DNA of 64,000 bases from Minisyncoccota bacterium (GTDB lineage: Bacteria; Patescibacteriota; Minisyncoccia; Phycocordibacterales; UBA9973), in assembly GCA_041658325.1 (NCBI GenBank), contig JBBAAI010000003.1, positions 2,201 to 66,200 on the forward strand. Reading direction: 5' to 3'. The position numbers and the translations under genes were made by a program. The notes under the pieces are model-generated. The model ran no database searches, was not told the DNA's origin, and saw only the letters and a program-made list of their open reading frames with translations. Shown piece after piece: positions 28,708 to 38,220 of this stretch; position 1 is the stretch's first letter, and each line of letters starts with the position of its first letter.

Positions 28708-29769
28708 TTAAAGCCTTAAATTACCATTCGCTTTTATACTATCTATTTTAGGAGTTTCCTTTTTATTTTTTATGTAATTTAAATATCCAGCGATACCGAT
28801 CATTAAAGAGTTATCTCCCGTGAGCTCTTTACTCGGCAGAAAAAGTTTTATCTTTTTTCCAGTTATTTCTTTCATTTTGTTCCTCAGATGTTCATTTGCA
28901 GATACTCCTCCTGCCACGATGAGAGTTTTGATTTTATATTTTTCAATTGCTTTAGCTGTTTTGTGTACCAGACACTCAATGGCGGCGTTTTCAAATTCAA
29001 GAGCTATTTGTGCTTTTGTTTTTTTATTTATTGGTTCAATTTTCTTTATTAAATAAAGGACGGCTGTTTTTAGTCCAGAGAAAGAGAAATCTAAATTTTT
29101 GCTATAAAGCATGGGTCGAGGTAGTTTGATATTTTCATTTTTTGTTTTATTTCTTTCTTGTTCAGCTAATTTTGAAATTTCTGGCCCGCCAGGATAGGGA
29201 AGATCTAGCATGCGAGCAACTTTATCAAAAGCTTCGCCGACGGCATCATCTAGAGTTTGTCCAATAATTTCATAATTCATCCATTTTTTAATGAGAACTA
29301 ATTCTGTGTGGCCACCAGAGACTAATAACGCGAGCGCTGGGTTTTTTATTTTTAAAACTTTAAACTTCTTTTTTTTATTTGCAAAAATAGAAAGCATATG
29401 TCCTTCCATGTGGTTTACTGGCATGATGGGCACATTCCATTTTTTTGCCAACTCTTGTGCAAAGGTAATTCCTGTCCAAAGTGTTGGTTCTAATCCTGGA
29501 CCATAGGTTACGGTAATAAGGTCAACGGGCTTTTTTTTATTTTTTATTTTTGATTCTTTTAAAGTCTTTTCCAGAATAATAGGCAGATTTTTTATGTGTT
29601 CTCTCTTGGCAAGCGCTGGAAAAACTCCTCCGTAAGGAATATGGATACTAATTTGCGAGGAGACATTGTTTGCCAGAACTTCAAAAGAAGCATTTGTGAT
29701 GCCTCCTTTTACTTCCATTATACTTATTCCTGTATCGTCACAAGATGTTTCTATACTTAAAATTTTCAT
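28708..29769 (-). CDS. tsaD: tRNA threonylcarbamoyltransferase TsaD
   Basis: MKILSIETSCDDT, HMEGH, LLVSGGHT, DDAVGEAFDKVAR; longer ORF start lies inside tRNA-Val so true start is 29769. Confidence 0.96.
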   Translation of the reverse strand: MKILSIETSCDDTGISIMEVKGGITNASFEVLANNVSSQISIHIPYGGVFPALAKREHIKNLPIILEKTLKESKIKNKKKPVDLITVTYGPGLEPTLWTGITFAQELAKKWNVPIMPVNHMEGHMLSIFANKKKKFKVLKIKNPALALLVSGGHTELVLIKKWMNYEIIGQTLDDAVGEAFDKVARMLDLPYPGGPEISKLAEQERNKTKNENIKLPRPMLYSKNLDFSFSGLKTAVLYLIKKIEPINKKTKAQIALEFENAAIECLVHKTAKAIEKYKIKTLIVAGGVSANEHLRNKMKEITGKKIKLFLPSKELTGDNSLMIGIAGYLNYIKNKKETPKIDSIKANGNLRL

Positions 29770-29783
29770 GCTAATTTTTATTT

Positions 29784-29859
29784 TGGTGCGCGATACAGGG
29801 ATCGAACCTGTGACCTTGTCTACGTCAAAGACACGCTCTACCAACTGAGCTAACCGCGC
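29784..29859 (-). tRNA. tRNA-Val(GAC)
   Basis: Anticodon arm TGTCT-TTGACGT-AGACA, T loop TTCGATC, encoded CCA. Confidence 0.96.
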
Positions 29860-29868
29860 GCCCTTTAT

Positions 29869-31098
29869 TTATAGCATTTTTTCTTTGATTCTTTCAAGCG
29901 CCAAGATAAAAGCCCCCATACGAAGAGATGTTTTATTTTCTTGTGCGTTTTGAAATATTTTTTTACCTGCGTCTTCCATCATCGGTTTTAATTTTTCAAA
30001 AACCTGTTGCTCGGTCCAATGTTCCTTTTTTAGGTTTTGTTCCCATTCAAAACAAGAAACTATAACGCCTCCAGAATTTGCCCAAATATCTGGCAATATA
30101 GGAATATTTTTTTTGAACAAAATTTCGTCTGCTTCTGGGTTAATAGGACCATTTGCAAGTTCTAAAATGACTTTAGCTTTGACATTGTCTGCGTTTTTTT
30201 CATTGATTTCATTTTCAAATGCGGCGGGGATTAAAAGATCGCACCCTGTGGCTAACAGTTCCAAATTTGTTATATCTTTACTGCCAGGGAAATTAGAAAG
30301 GTTGCTCGTTGTTTTTTTGTGCTCTAAAAGTTTTTCTATGTCTATTCCATCCGGATTATAAACTCCTCCTTTGGAATCTGAAATTGCGATAATCGTATGT
30401 CCAGCCTTATTCCAAATTTTTGCCGCGTTACTACCAGCATTTCCGAAACCCTGAATGGCTACTTTGCATTTTTCTGGTAAATTTAATTCTTTTTTTAATG
30501 CTTCAAAAGCATAAAAACCGCCCTGAGCAGTAGATGTTCCTCTTCCTTCAGAACCGCCTTTATCAAGTGGTTTGCCTGTTATAACTGCTCCGCTTGTGTC
30601 ACCAGTAATTTTCCCGTATTCGTCTGAAATCCAGGCCATTATCTCTGGTGTCGTGTTTACGTCTGGAGCAGGGACATCTTTACGAGGTCCAATAACATCT
30701 GTAAGTCTTTGTGCCCATCCACGCGAGAGCCTTTCCAGTTCTCCTTTTGATAATTTTTTAGGATCTACAGTTACTCCACCTTTTCCACCACCCATAGGAA
30801 TACCTCCAACGGCGCACTTAAGAGTCATCCAAAAAGCGAGTGCTTTTACTTCATTTATTTCAGTATCGGCGTGATATCTAATTCCTCCTTTATAAGGTCC
30901 AAGTGCGTCATTATACTGCACTCTGTATCCTTCAAAGATTTTCAGGGTGCCATCGTCCATCTTAACTGGAATTGAAATTCTAATGTCTCGATCGGGTTGC
31001 CTTAGGCGGGCAATAAATTCATTACCGAAATTTTTTGCTGTAGTTATTTTGGCGACCTTGTCTAATTGGGCCATTGCGTTTTGAAAAGGGTTTTGCAT
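29869..31098 (-). CDS. gdhA: Glu/Leu/Phe/Val dehydrogenase (glutamate dehydrogenase)
   Basis: GPYKGGIRYH, GGGKGG, DVPAPDVNT, IQGFGNAG, ELANGP. Confidence 0.93.
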   Translation of the reverse strand: MQNPFQNAMAQLDKVAKITTAKNFGNEFIARLRQPDRDIRISIPVKMDDGTLKIFEGYRVQYNDALGPYKGGIRYHADTEINEVKALAFWMTLKCAVGGIPMGGGKGGVTVDPKKLSKGELERLSRGWAQRLTDVIGPRKDVPAPDVNTTPEIMAWISDEYGKITGDTSGAVITGKPLDKGGSEGRGTSTAQGGFYAFEALKKELNLPEKCKVAIQGFGNAGSNAAKIWNKAGHTIIAISDSKGGVYNPDGIDIEKLLEHKKTTSNLSNFPGSKDITNLELLATGCDLLIPAAFENEINEKNADNVKAKVILELANGPINPEADEILFKKNIPILPDIWANSGGVIVSCFEWEQNLKKEHWTEQQVFEKLKPMMEDAGKKIFQNAQENKTSLRMGAFILALERIKEKML

Positions 31099-31212
31099 AT
31101 TATTTTACTTTTAATTATTAATGACTTTTATTCTACTCTTTCTATTAAAATTCGCTATAAAATATTTATGAAGACAGATTTTTTATAATAGCGCAAGTTT
31201 TTTTACTATTAA

Positions 31213-31800
31213 TTAAGTTTGACGTTTTTCAATTTCTTTTAGTACTTTTGGGATTTTTTTAAAATCTGCTATCAGAACCTCACGCATAGAGCCGTCGTAT
31301 AATGCCGCGGCTGGATGATAAAGAGGGAAGAAATATTTTGTAGATACATCTTTAAAAGGTTTAATTAATAGTTTTCCATGGGCGCCCGAAATTTGTAAAT
31401 CTGGAAAAAAGTTATTCATTGCGTGACGCCCTAGGAAAATTATCAGCTTGGGTGAAATTATTTTCAGTTCTTCTGAGAGCCATTCTCGGCAAGATGCTTT
31501 TTCTTCAGGCAGGGGATCGCGATTATCTGGCGGGCGATATTTTACTATATTTGTGATATAAATATCTTTTCTTTCTAGTTTTATTAATCCAAGCATTTCG
31601 TTCAAGAATTTTCCCGCTGCTCCTACAAAGGGTTCTCCTTGTTCATCTTCTTTTTTTCCTGGCGCTTCACCGATAAAAACAATTTCTGCATTAGCATTAC
31701 CGACTCCGGGCACGGCTTGTGTCGCAGTTTTTTTGAGTTCACTCTCACATTCCTCCTTCCACTTTTTGTGTAGATTTTCTAGTTTTTTATTTTTATCCAT
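31213..31800 (-). CDS. Uracil-DNA glycosylase, family 4
   Basis: IGEAPG..ED..GEPFVGAAG, RPPDNRDP, YHPAA; start moved to 31800 since longer ORF overlaps tRNA. Confidence 0.93.
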   Translation of the reverse strand: MDKNKKLENLHKKWKEECESELKKTATQAVPGVGNANAEIVFIGEAPGKKEDEQGEPFVGAAGKFLNEMLGLIKLERKDIYITNIVKYRPPDNRDPLPEEKASCREWLSEELKIISPKLIIFLGRHAMNNFFPDLQISGAHGKLLIKPFKDVSTKYFFPLYHPAAALYDGSMREVLIADFKKIPKVLKEIEKRQT

Positions 31801-31803
31801 TTG

Positions 31804-31875
31804 TGACCCTACTGGGAATCGCACCCAGATTACCAGCTTGAAAAGCTGATGTCCTAACTATTAGACGATAGGGCC
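31804..31875 (-). tRNA. tRNA-Glu(TTC)
   Basis: GGCCCTA acceptor, anticodon arm TCAGC-TTTTCAA-GCTGG; atypical D loop AATAGTTA and T loop TGCGATT. Confidence 0.92.
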
Positions 31876-31936
31876 AAAAACATTTAGTATCATAACATTT
31901 TTTGAAAAAATCGCAATTTATTGTTATAATTCAAGA

Positions 31937-33124
31937 ATGGAAAAAAGATTTTTGAATGTTCATCCGGACGTACTCAAGTTGGGAATCGTTAGTTTTTTGA
32001 CAGACATTAGTTCCGAATCTATTTTTGCAGTTTTCTCTATATTTTTCACTGTTATTGTCGGCGCACCGGCAACACTCCTTGGTTTTGTTGAAGGTTTGTC
32101 GGATTTTTCTGCATCTTCCTTGGATTATTTTGTAGGCTGGTTGTCAGACAAAACTGGAAAGAGGAAATCATTAGCTCTGACGGGTTACGGCTTTTCCACT
32201 TTTGCAAAAATAATGTTATTGATGGGGAGTTCTGCTTTTGCGCTTTCGGCGTTTAGAATAATTGAACGTTTAGGAAAAAGTTTTCGTGGTCCACCGAGAG
32301 ATGCTTGGCTTTCAGCTGTAGCAGAAGAATCTACTAGGGGATATGCTTTTGGTTTACATAAAGCTATGGATAAAGCAGGGGCTATTTTAGGACCACTTAT
32401 CGCATATTTTTTGCTTCTTTATTTGGGCCAGAGTGAAAGTACTTTTCGTTTAATTTTTATTATTGCAGTTGTCGGAGCTGTGGCAGCGGTCGCTGTTCTA
32501 GCTCTCATGAAAGATCGTCCAGGTATTCCACACAAAAGAGAAAATATTTTTAAGGCTTGGGGAGTTTTAAATAGAGGGTTCAAACTTTATCTTATTCCAG
32601 CGGGAATTTTTTCTTTAGCCTATTTTAGTTTCGGTTTTCTGCTTCTGCGTGCATATAATGTGGGTTTTGCGATTAAGGACGTGGTATTGCTTTATGCGTT
32701 ATTTAATATTTCTTTTGTTATTTTTTCAATACCTATCGGTAAACTAGGGGATTTTATTGGAAGAAAATATATTATTGTTTTGGGATATTTAGTTTATATT
32801 ATTATGTCCTTGGGTTTTATTTTTGTTCAAGAAAAATGGGAAGTAATTATTTTATTTATATTGTTTGGTATTTTTTATACGATTGATGAAGCTCAAAGTA
32901 AGGCTTTTATTTCTGATATAGAACAAGACAGAAGAGCGACCGCTATCGGTATGTATAATTTTGTCACTGGTTTAATCTATCTTCCAGCTTCTGTAATCGC
33001 AGGTGCGTTTTGGATATTAAGTCCAGCATACACTTTCATTTTTGCGGCGGTAACCGCATTTGTTGCAATGAGTATCTTTATTTTTCTTCAGAACAAGATA
33101 ACAAGCGGAGGCGGTGAGATTTGA
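31937..33124 (+). CDS. MFS transporter
   Basis: 12-TM pattern, GWLSDKTGKRK, ERLGKSFRGPPRDA, GKLGDFIGRK. Confidence 0.93.
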   Translation: MEKRFLNVHPDVLKLGIVSFLTDISSESIFAVFSIFFTVIVGAPATLLGFVEGLSDFSASSLDYFVGWLSDKTGKRKSLALTGYGFSTFAKIMLLMGSSAFALSAFRIIERLGKSFRGPPRDAWLSAVAEESTRGYAFGLHKAMDKAGAILGPLIAYFLLLYLGQSESTFRLIFIIAVVGAVAAVAVLALMKDRPGIPHKRENIFKAWGVLNRGFKLYLIPAGIFSLAYFSFGFLLLRAYNVGFAIKDVVLLYALFNISFVIFSIPIGKLGDFIGRKYIIVLGYLVYIIMSLGFIFVQEKWEVIILFILFGIFYTIDEAQSKAFISDIEQDRRATAIGMYNFVTGLIYLPASVIAGAFWILSPAYTFIFAAVTAFVAMSIFIFLQNKITSGGGEI

Positions 33125-33192
33125 ACTCACGATCGAGTTGCCCCGATGCCGGTTTTCGAAACCGGTGCCTTCAACCACTCAGCCACGCCTCC
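33106..33192 (-). tRNA. tRNA-Ser(CGA)
   Basis: GGAGGCG acceptor, CCGGT-TTCGAAA-ACCGG, long variable arm, G73; 3' end overlaps MFS stop region antisense. Confidence 0.95.
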
Positions 33193-33210
33193 GTTTTTTA
33201 GTATGTTAAT

Positions 33211-34137
33211 CTATTTCGTATGTATTGCCAAATATATATCTTCTAGAGCTCGGACAGCGTCACCAGCGGCGATATTGTTTTGATGATAGAGAACATTAGT
33301 ACAATCTCCAGCGGCCCAGATGCCTGGGACTTCGGTTTTTTGCGACCACGCATCAATTTTTATTCTTCCTATTTTATCAAGGGGCACTAAATCTTTTAAA
33401 AAATCAGTATTTGGGATTTGTCCGATCTCAACGAAAATTCCGGATACTTTTAATTCATTTTCGGTACTGGAGGCTTTATCCTTGTAGACTAATCCTTCTA
33501 CAAATTTATCACCTTGTATTTCTAAAATATCTACATTCTTGATAGCTTTGATTTTTGGATTTTTCAAAACTCTATCTATTGTGATCTGGTCAGCGCGGAA
33601 GGTGTCACTTCGGTTTATGAGAACAACAGACTTGCAATAAGCGAGAAGTTGAGCGGCAGTTTCAAAAGCAGCATTGCCTCCGCCGATGACAGCCACATCC
33701 ATATCAGCAAAAAGTGGTCCGTCACAAGAAGCACAATAAGTGAGACCTTTGTGTTCTAATTTATCTGCATTTTTTGCTTCCAATTTTCTGCGTCCGCTTC
33801 CGGTTGCGATTAAAATTGTTTTTGTTAAAAATTCTTCACTATTTTCTGTTTTTACTGAAAATTCATTTTCTTTCTTTGTTACAGCGCTCACTTTCTGATT
33901 TTCTTTAACTTCTAAACTATCTCCAACATTGGTTAATACGTGTTTTTTAAAATTTTCCGCAAGCTCTGCACCGGGAATAGAAGGGGAACCAATCCAGTTA
34001 TATATCTTTTCTGACACAACACTTTGTCCACCCCATTCGGATGTTATAAAAAGTGTTTTTAATCTTTTCCTGGCAGCGTAAACAGCTGCCGCACTTCCGG
34101 CTGGACCTCCACCAATAATTATAAGATCGTATGTCAT
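33211..34137 (-). CDS. trxB: Thioredoxin reductase (TrxB/AhpF C-terminal-like)
   Basis: IIGGGPAG, YCASCDG, VIGGGNAA, WAAGD. Confidence 0.88.
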   Translation of the reverse strand: MTYDLIIIGGGPAGSAAAVYAARKRLKTLFITSEWGGQSVVSEKIYNWIGSPSIPGAELAENFKKHVLTNVGDSLEVKENQKVSAVTKKENEFSVKTENSEEFLTKTILIATGSGRRKLEAKNADKLEHKGLTYCASCDGPLFADMDVAVIGGGNAAFETAAQLLAYCKSVVLINRSDTFRADQITIDRVLKNPKIKAIKNVDILEIQGDKFVEGLVYKDKASSTENELKVSGIFVEIGQIPNTDFLKDLVPLDKIGRIKIDAWSQKTEVPGIWAAGDCTNVLYHQNNIAAGDAVRALEDIYLAIHTK

Positions 34138-34173
34138 CTTTGCATTATACACTAGGTATCGAATTTCATTTCA

Positions 34174-34202
34174 TTGACGTAAAACTATTTATTTGGTATT
34201 AT
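34174..34202 (+). promoter_or_regulatory. Sigma70-type promoter of orphan ORF 34297
   Basis: TTGACG-17-TATTAT with extended TG. Confidence 0.6.
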
Positions 34203-34296
34203 GAAGACTAATATATTTTGCTCTTTAAATCTTTCATGCTCTGCGTTTTTGCGGGGCGTGTTTATATAAATCACAAACACCAGAAAGGGGGAAACA

Positions 34297-34521
34297 ATGC
34301 TAGCTTTTTGGGGAACACTTCTCGATATCAATTGGGATGGAGAAGAAAGGAGAAAAAAAACAATTCCTAGGTTGGTTTTAGTCTCTCCGAATACCGAGGA
34401 GAGGAGAAAACATTCTGTTTCACCAAGAGAGGAGAAAGGGAAGGTGTTTCCCTTCTTTGCCAAGCGCAAGGGGGGAACGGCCGGACTTCATTTTCCTGGC
34501 TGTCAGTGCGAATTCGAGTGA
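34297..34521 (+). CDS. Small orphan protein (74 aa)
   Basis: AAGGGGG SD 5 nt before ATG, own promoter and downstream hairpin. Confidence 0.55.
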   Translation: MLAFWGTLLDINWDGEERRKKTIPRLVLVSPNTEERRKHSVSPREEKGKVFPFFAKRKGGTAGLHFPGCQCEFE

Positions 34522-34528
34522 GATCAAA

Positions 34529-34566
34529 AAAGGCCCCGCGGAGCAGTATGCTTCCGCGAGGCCTTT
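34529..34566. terminator. Hairpin terminator between convergent ORF34297 and ftsZ
   Basis: AAAGGCC.CGCGGA-GCAGTATGC-TTCCGCG.GGCCTTT, A/T tracts on both sides. Confidence 0.75.
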
Positions 34567-34577
34567 GTTGTTTGTAA

Positions 34578-35765
34578 CTATTTTTTATTACGTCTCAAAA
34601 AAGCTGGAACAGCGCTCCAATCGCCTCCGTCATCTTCTATGATTTCTTCTTTAACTTCCTTTTTGTCCATTTTTTTAATGAAATCATTGTTGTTTATATT
34701 TCCATTTTGGAAACTATTATGGATTTCTTTTTTTACTACAGCCGGAGCTTCATCTTTTAGAAGTGTTTGATTTATATTTGTCGCGCTGAAAAGACTTTTA
34801 CGAGGCGCATCAGCAGGGAAGCTGGTGGCAATAACTGTAACCTTTATTTCTCCTTTTTTTAATTTTTCATCTCGGATTGTTCCAAAAATTACTTTTGCAT
34901 CTTTGTCGATTGACTCAGTGATTATTTTTGCTGCTTCTTGAATTTCATTAATAGTTAAATCGTCTCCGCCGGAGATAGCAAAGAGTACTCCTTTTGCTCC
35001 GTGGATAGAAACTTCAAGTAATGGCGAATTTATAGCAGCTAGGGCTGCTTTTTCTGCCCGTTTTTCGCCAGAGGCACTACCTATGCCCATAAGAGCTGAC
35101 CCAGCATTAGCCATAACAGCTTTAATGTCTGCAAAATCAACGTTTATGACGCCTGGGGTAGTAATTAGATCAGAAATACCTTCTACTGCTTGACGTAACA
35201 CATCGTCACACTTTATAAAAGCATCTTTGAAATTAGTATTTTTCTCAGCCAATTGAAGCAATTTGTCATTTGGAATAATGATTATAGCATCTACTTCTTT
35301 TGCTAATTCTTCGATGCCTTTTTCTGCAATTTTCATTCGGTGATTACCTTCAAAGAAGAAAGGTTTAGTTGTAACAGCAACAGTTAAAATACCTTGTTCT
35401 CTCGCTGCGCGAGCGACGATTGGAGCCGCGCCAGTACCCGTACCTCCTCCCATTCCACAAGCTAGAAAAACCATATCTGCTCCTTTGATAACATCTTGAA
35501 TTTCAGATTTTGTTTCCTCAGCTGCTTTCTTACCAATCTCTGGATCCATTCCTGCACCGAGACCTTTAGTTAAATTTTTCCCAATATGAATTTTTTTCTC
35601 TGCCAAAGAGTGATGTAAATCTTGTGTATCTGTATTCATACAAATAAAAGATACGCCATTCACTTTAGAATTTATCATATGATTTACAGCATTTTTACCT
35701 GATCCTCCGATACCGATAACCATAATGCGAGCGAAACTTTGTATTGCTTGATTTACTTTTGGCAT
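34578..35765 (-). CDS. ftsZ: Cell division protein FtsZ
   Basis: [19 protein letters not shown]-terminal VPAFLRR. Confidence 0.98.
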   Translation of the reverse strand: MPKVNQAIQSFARIMVIGIGGSGKNAVNHMINSKVNGVSFICMNTDTQDLHHSLAEKKIHIGKNLTKGLGAGMDPEIGKKAAEETKSEIQDVIKGADMVFLACGMGGGTGTGAAPIVARAAREQGILTVAVTTKPFFFEGNHRMKIAEKGIEELAKEVDAIIIIPNDKLLQLAEKNTNFKDAFIKCDDVLRQAVEGISDLITTPGVINVDFADIKAVMANAGSALMGIGSASGEKRAEKAALAAINSPLLEVSIHGAKGVLFAISGGDDLTINEIQEAAKIITESIDKDAKVIFGTIRDEKLKKGEIKVTVIATSFPADAPRKSLFSATNINQTLLKDEAPAVVKKEIHNSFQNGNINNNDFIKKMDKKEVKEEIIEDDGGDWSAVPAFLRRNKK

Positions 35766-35871
35766 ATTTTTACTTATTCAAGATTTAACTTATATGAAAA
35801 CATACTAACACTAGCGCAAAAAAAAGCAAAGTTTTTGTTTTTTAAATAGATTGCCCCAAAAGAGGGCTTTT

Positions 35872-37035
35872 CTATGGCATTAGTTGTTTTAAACTTGATT
35901 TTACTATATTTTTTAACTCTTTTAAAATATTTTTTAAAGAGCTTTCGGAGTAATCCGCTCCATTTTTGCCAGAGGTTAAAAGACCTAGTGCGGTGAAATA
36001 AGATGAATCACGAAGTTTGGTTTTAGTATTACCGAAAATCTCAGTCGTTCCGATACTTGAAGGAAGTTTTAAAATAGATTTTGATAATTCTATCAGACCT
36101 GGTATATTAGCACCGCCACCCACAAACACTATTCCTGCTGGTAAAAGTTCTGATCTTTTTATTTTTTTTAAATTATTTTCTATCGATTCAAAAATATCAC
36201 AAAGACGTGCCTCGATTATTTCATTAAGTTTTTTCTTTGAAAATTCTTCTCCAACATTTCCAAACTTTAAATCTTCCGCTTTTTCTAATGGGATTTTAAA
36301 TCCCAAAGCAATATCATTAGTAATATCTGAAGAACCAATTGAAAAAGTATAAATTGATACCAATAATCCATTTTCAAAAACAGAAATAGATGTGGTTTGA
36401 TCTCCGATGTTTACTAAAGCTACCCCGACGATTTTTTGTTTTTCAGATAAAACAAGATTATTGATAGCTATCGGGGAAGCTATTACATTGATAGTTTCTA
36501 CTCCAGCTTCTGCGATGACTTCAAGTAAATCTTCTAGATGAACAATAGAATAAGTAATAAAAAGGGCTTTAGCTTCAAGCTTGGTTCCGCGCATTCCTTC
36601 TAGTCTGCCCAATATTTCTTTTCCATCGAGTCGAAAGGAAATAGGGTACGTGTGAATAATTTTCTTATTACCTAAACTCAAATTATCTTCACAATTTTGT
36701 AGTGCTTTACCGATATCTAGGTTTGTTACCTCACCATCAGCCTTAGAGATAATTGTTCCACCAGAACTCATTTCTCCTCGCAGGGTTGTTCCAGAAAGTG
36801 AGACAAAAGCACGTTTTATTTTTATACCAGAAGACTTTTCTGCTTGAGCAACAGCATTTTTTATTGAAGTTTTAGCAAGATCTGAATTTACGACATAGCC
36901 ATGTCTAAGTCCGAGTGTGGTATTTTCACCCATGCCAATAACTCTAGGATTTTTTTCTCCTTTTAGAAATTCTCCGACCACGACTCGCGTCATGGACGAT
37001 CCCACATCTATCCCGACAGAAATATTTCTTATCAT
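35872..37035 (-). CDS. ftsA: Cell division protein FtsA
   Basis: GIDVGSS, GLRHGYVVN, DITNDIA, IIEARL, FVGGGA; upstream of ftsZ. Confidence 0.95.
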   Translation of the reverse strand: MIRNISVGIDVGSSMTRVVVGEFLKGEKNPRVIGMGENTTLGLRHGYVVNSDLAKTSIKNAVAQAEKSSGIKIKRAFVSLSGTTLRGEMSSGGTIISKADGEVTNLDIGKALQNCEDNLSLGNKKIIHTYPISFRLDGKEILGRLEGMRGTKLEAKALFITYSIVHLEDLLEVIAEAGVETINVIASPIAINNLVLSEKQKIVGVALVNIGDQTTSISVFENGLLVSIYTFSIGSSDITNDIALGFKIPLEKAEDLKFGNVGEEFSKKKLNEIIEARLCDIFESIENNLKKIKRSELLPAGIVFVGGGANIPGLIELSKSILKLPSSIGTTEIFGNTKTKLRDSSYFTALGLLTSGKNGADYSESSLKNILKELKNIVKSSLKQLMP

Positions 37036-37396
37036 ATTTTTCTTCAGCTTTCTCCATTGTACTACTATGTTCCATTCCTTTCAAATGAAGCATTCCGTGG
37101 ATAACTAAAAAACCCAAGAATTGGCTAAAGGTTTTTCCGAAACTTTTAGCTTCTCGTTTTATGACCTGTGGACACATTACAATTTCTCCTTCATTTTTAT
37201 GTAAAAGGAAAGATAAAATATTTGTAGGTTTGTTTTTTCCTCTATATTTTTTATTTATATTTCTAGATTCTTCACTATCTACAAAAGCAAGAGAAAGGGA
37301 ATAATTTTTTCCTAAAATATCCTTTTTTATATCCAGAAGAGGCAAGCAAGGTAATTTTGCTTTTGTTTTATTTATTACAGAAAATTTTTCCTGCAT
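36944..37396 (-). CDS. ybeY: rRNA maturation endoribonuclease YbeY
   Basis: NKKYRGKNKPTNILSF, HGMLHLKGMEH. Confidence 0.92.
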   Translation of the reverse strand: MQEKFSVINKTKAKLPCLPLLDIKKDILGKNYSLSLAFVDSEESRNINKKYRGKNKPTNILSFLLHKNEGEIVMCPQVIKREAKSFGKTFSQFLGFLVIHGMLHLKGMEHSSTMEKAEEKYDKKYFCRDRCGIVHDASRGRRISKRRKKS

Positions 37397-37400
37397 ATTT

Positions 37401-37634
37401 TTATTTAGATGCCATTTTACCCAATTTGCGAAGTTTTTCTATTTCCTTTCTTCGGCCCATTCTCTTTAGGGCACTTTTTTTTATTTTAAGTTTGGATTCT
37501 TTTCTTACGTTATAGCGAGCGCCCTTAACTTTTCGGACAATGCCGGATTCTTGAATTCTGCGAGAAAAACGACGTAAAACGCTGGAATTATTTTCATTTG
37601 GATTTTTCTTTACTTCTATTACTGTTTTTGCCAT
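37401..37634 (-). CDS. rpsU: 30S ribosomal protein S21
   Basis: EVKKNPNENNSSVLRRFSRRIQESGI, very basic. Confidence 0.8.
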   Translation of the reverse strand: MAKTVIEVKKNPNENNSSVLRRFSRRIQESGIVRKVKGARYNVRKESKLKIKKSALKRMGRRKEIEKLRKLGKMASK

Positions 37635-37723
37635 ATGTTTCTAAGGTTATCATATAAAAGATTTTTAGCAAGTTTTTAAAGCTTTTTATTGACTTTTTCG
37701 TAAAAAAAACTATTATATAAATT

Positions 37724-38191
37724 ATGCAACAAGCAGGAGATTATATAACCGAAGAAAAAAGGAAAGCGTTGGAAGTCGAATTGAAAGATCTTAAAGGACC
37801 TAAAAGGAAAGAAATCCTGGAGAATTTAGAGTATGCTAAATCATTGGGTGATTTGTCAGAAAATGCAGAATATCACCAAACTCGTGAAGAACAAGGTAAA
37901 TTAGAAGAACGAATTGCTAAAATAGAAAAGATTTTGCAATCTTCGCAAACAGTAAAGGGAGGTGGGGGAGAAATAATCGAAGTAGGTTCTAAGGTGGTTG
38001 TCCAGAAAAACGGCACTAAAGAACAAAAAACTTATGTTATCGTAGGATCTGAAGAGGCGGATATGGCAGAAGGGAAAATTTCTAATCGATCTCCTTTTGG
38101 CAAAGCGCTTTTTGGAAAAAAGAAAGGTGATGATGTTTCTTTTAAAACTCCCAACGGTTTAGTTGATTACAAAATAATAAATGTATCTTAA
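37724..38191 (+). CDS. greA: Transcription elongation factor GreA
   Basis: GDLSENAEY, IVGSEEAD, ISNRSPFGKAL. Confidence 0.96.
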   Translation: MQQAGDYITEEKRKALEVELKDLKGPKRKEILENLEYAKSLGDLSENAEYHQTREEQGKLEERIAKIEKILQSSQTVKGGGGEIIEVGSKVVVQKNGTKEQKTYVIVGSEEADMAEGKISNRSPFGKALFGKKKGDDVSFKTPNGLVDYKIINVS

Positions 38192-38220
38192 AAATCTTCG
38201 TTATAACGAAGTGAATTAAA

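Noticed and set aside
29770-31824. N-terminal extensions of tsaD and UDG in the ORF track
   Set aside because: Extensions translate tRNA-Val and tRNA-Glu sequences
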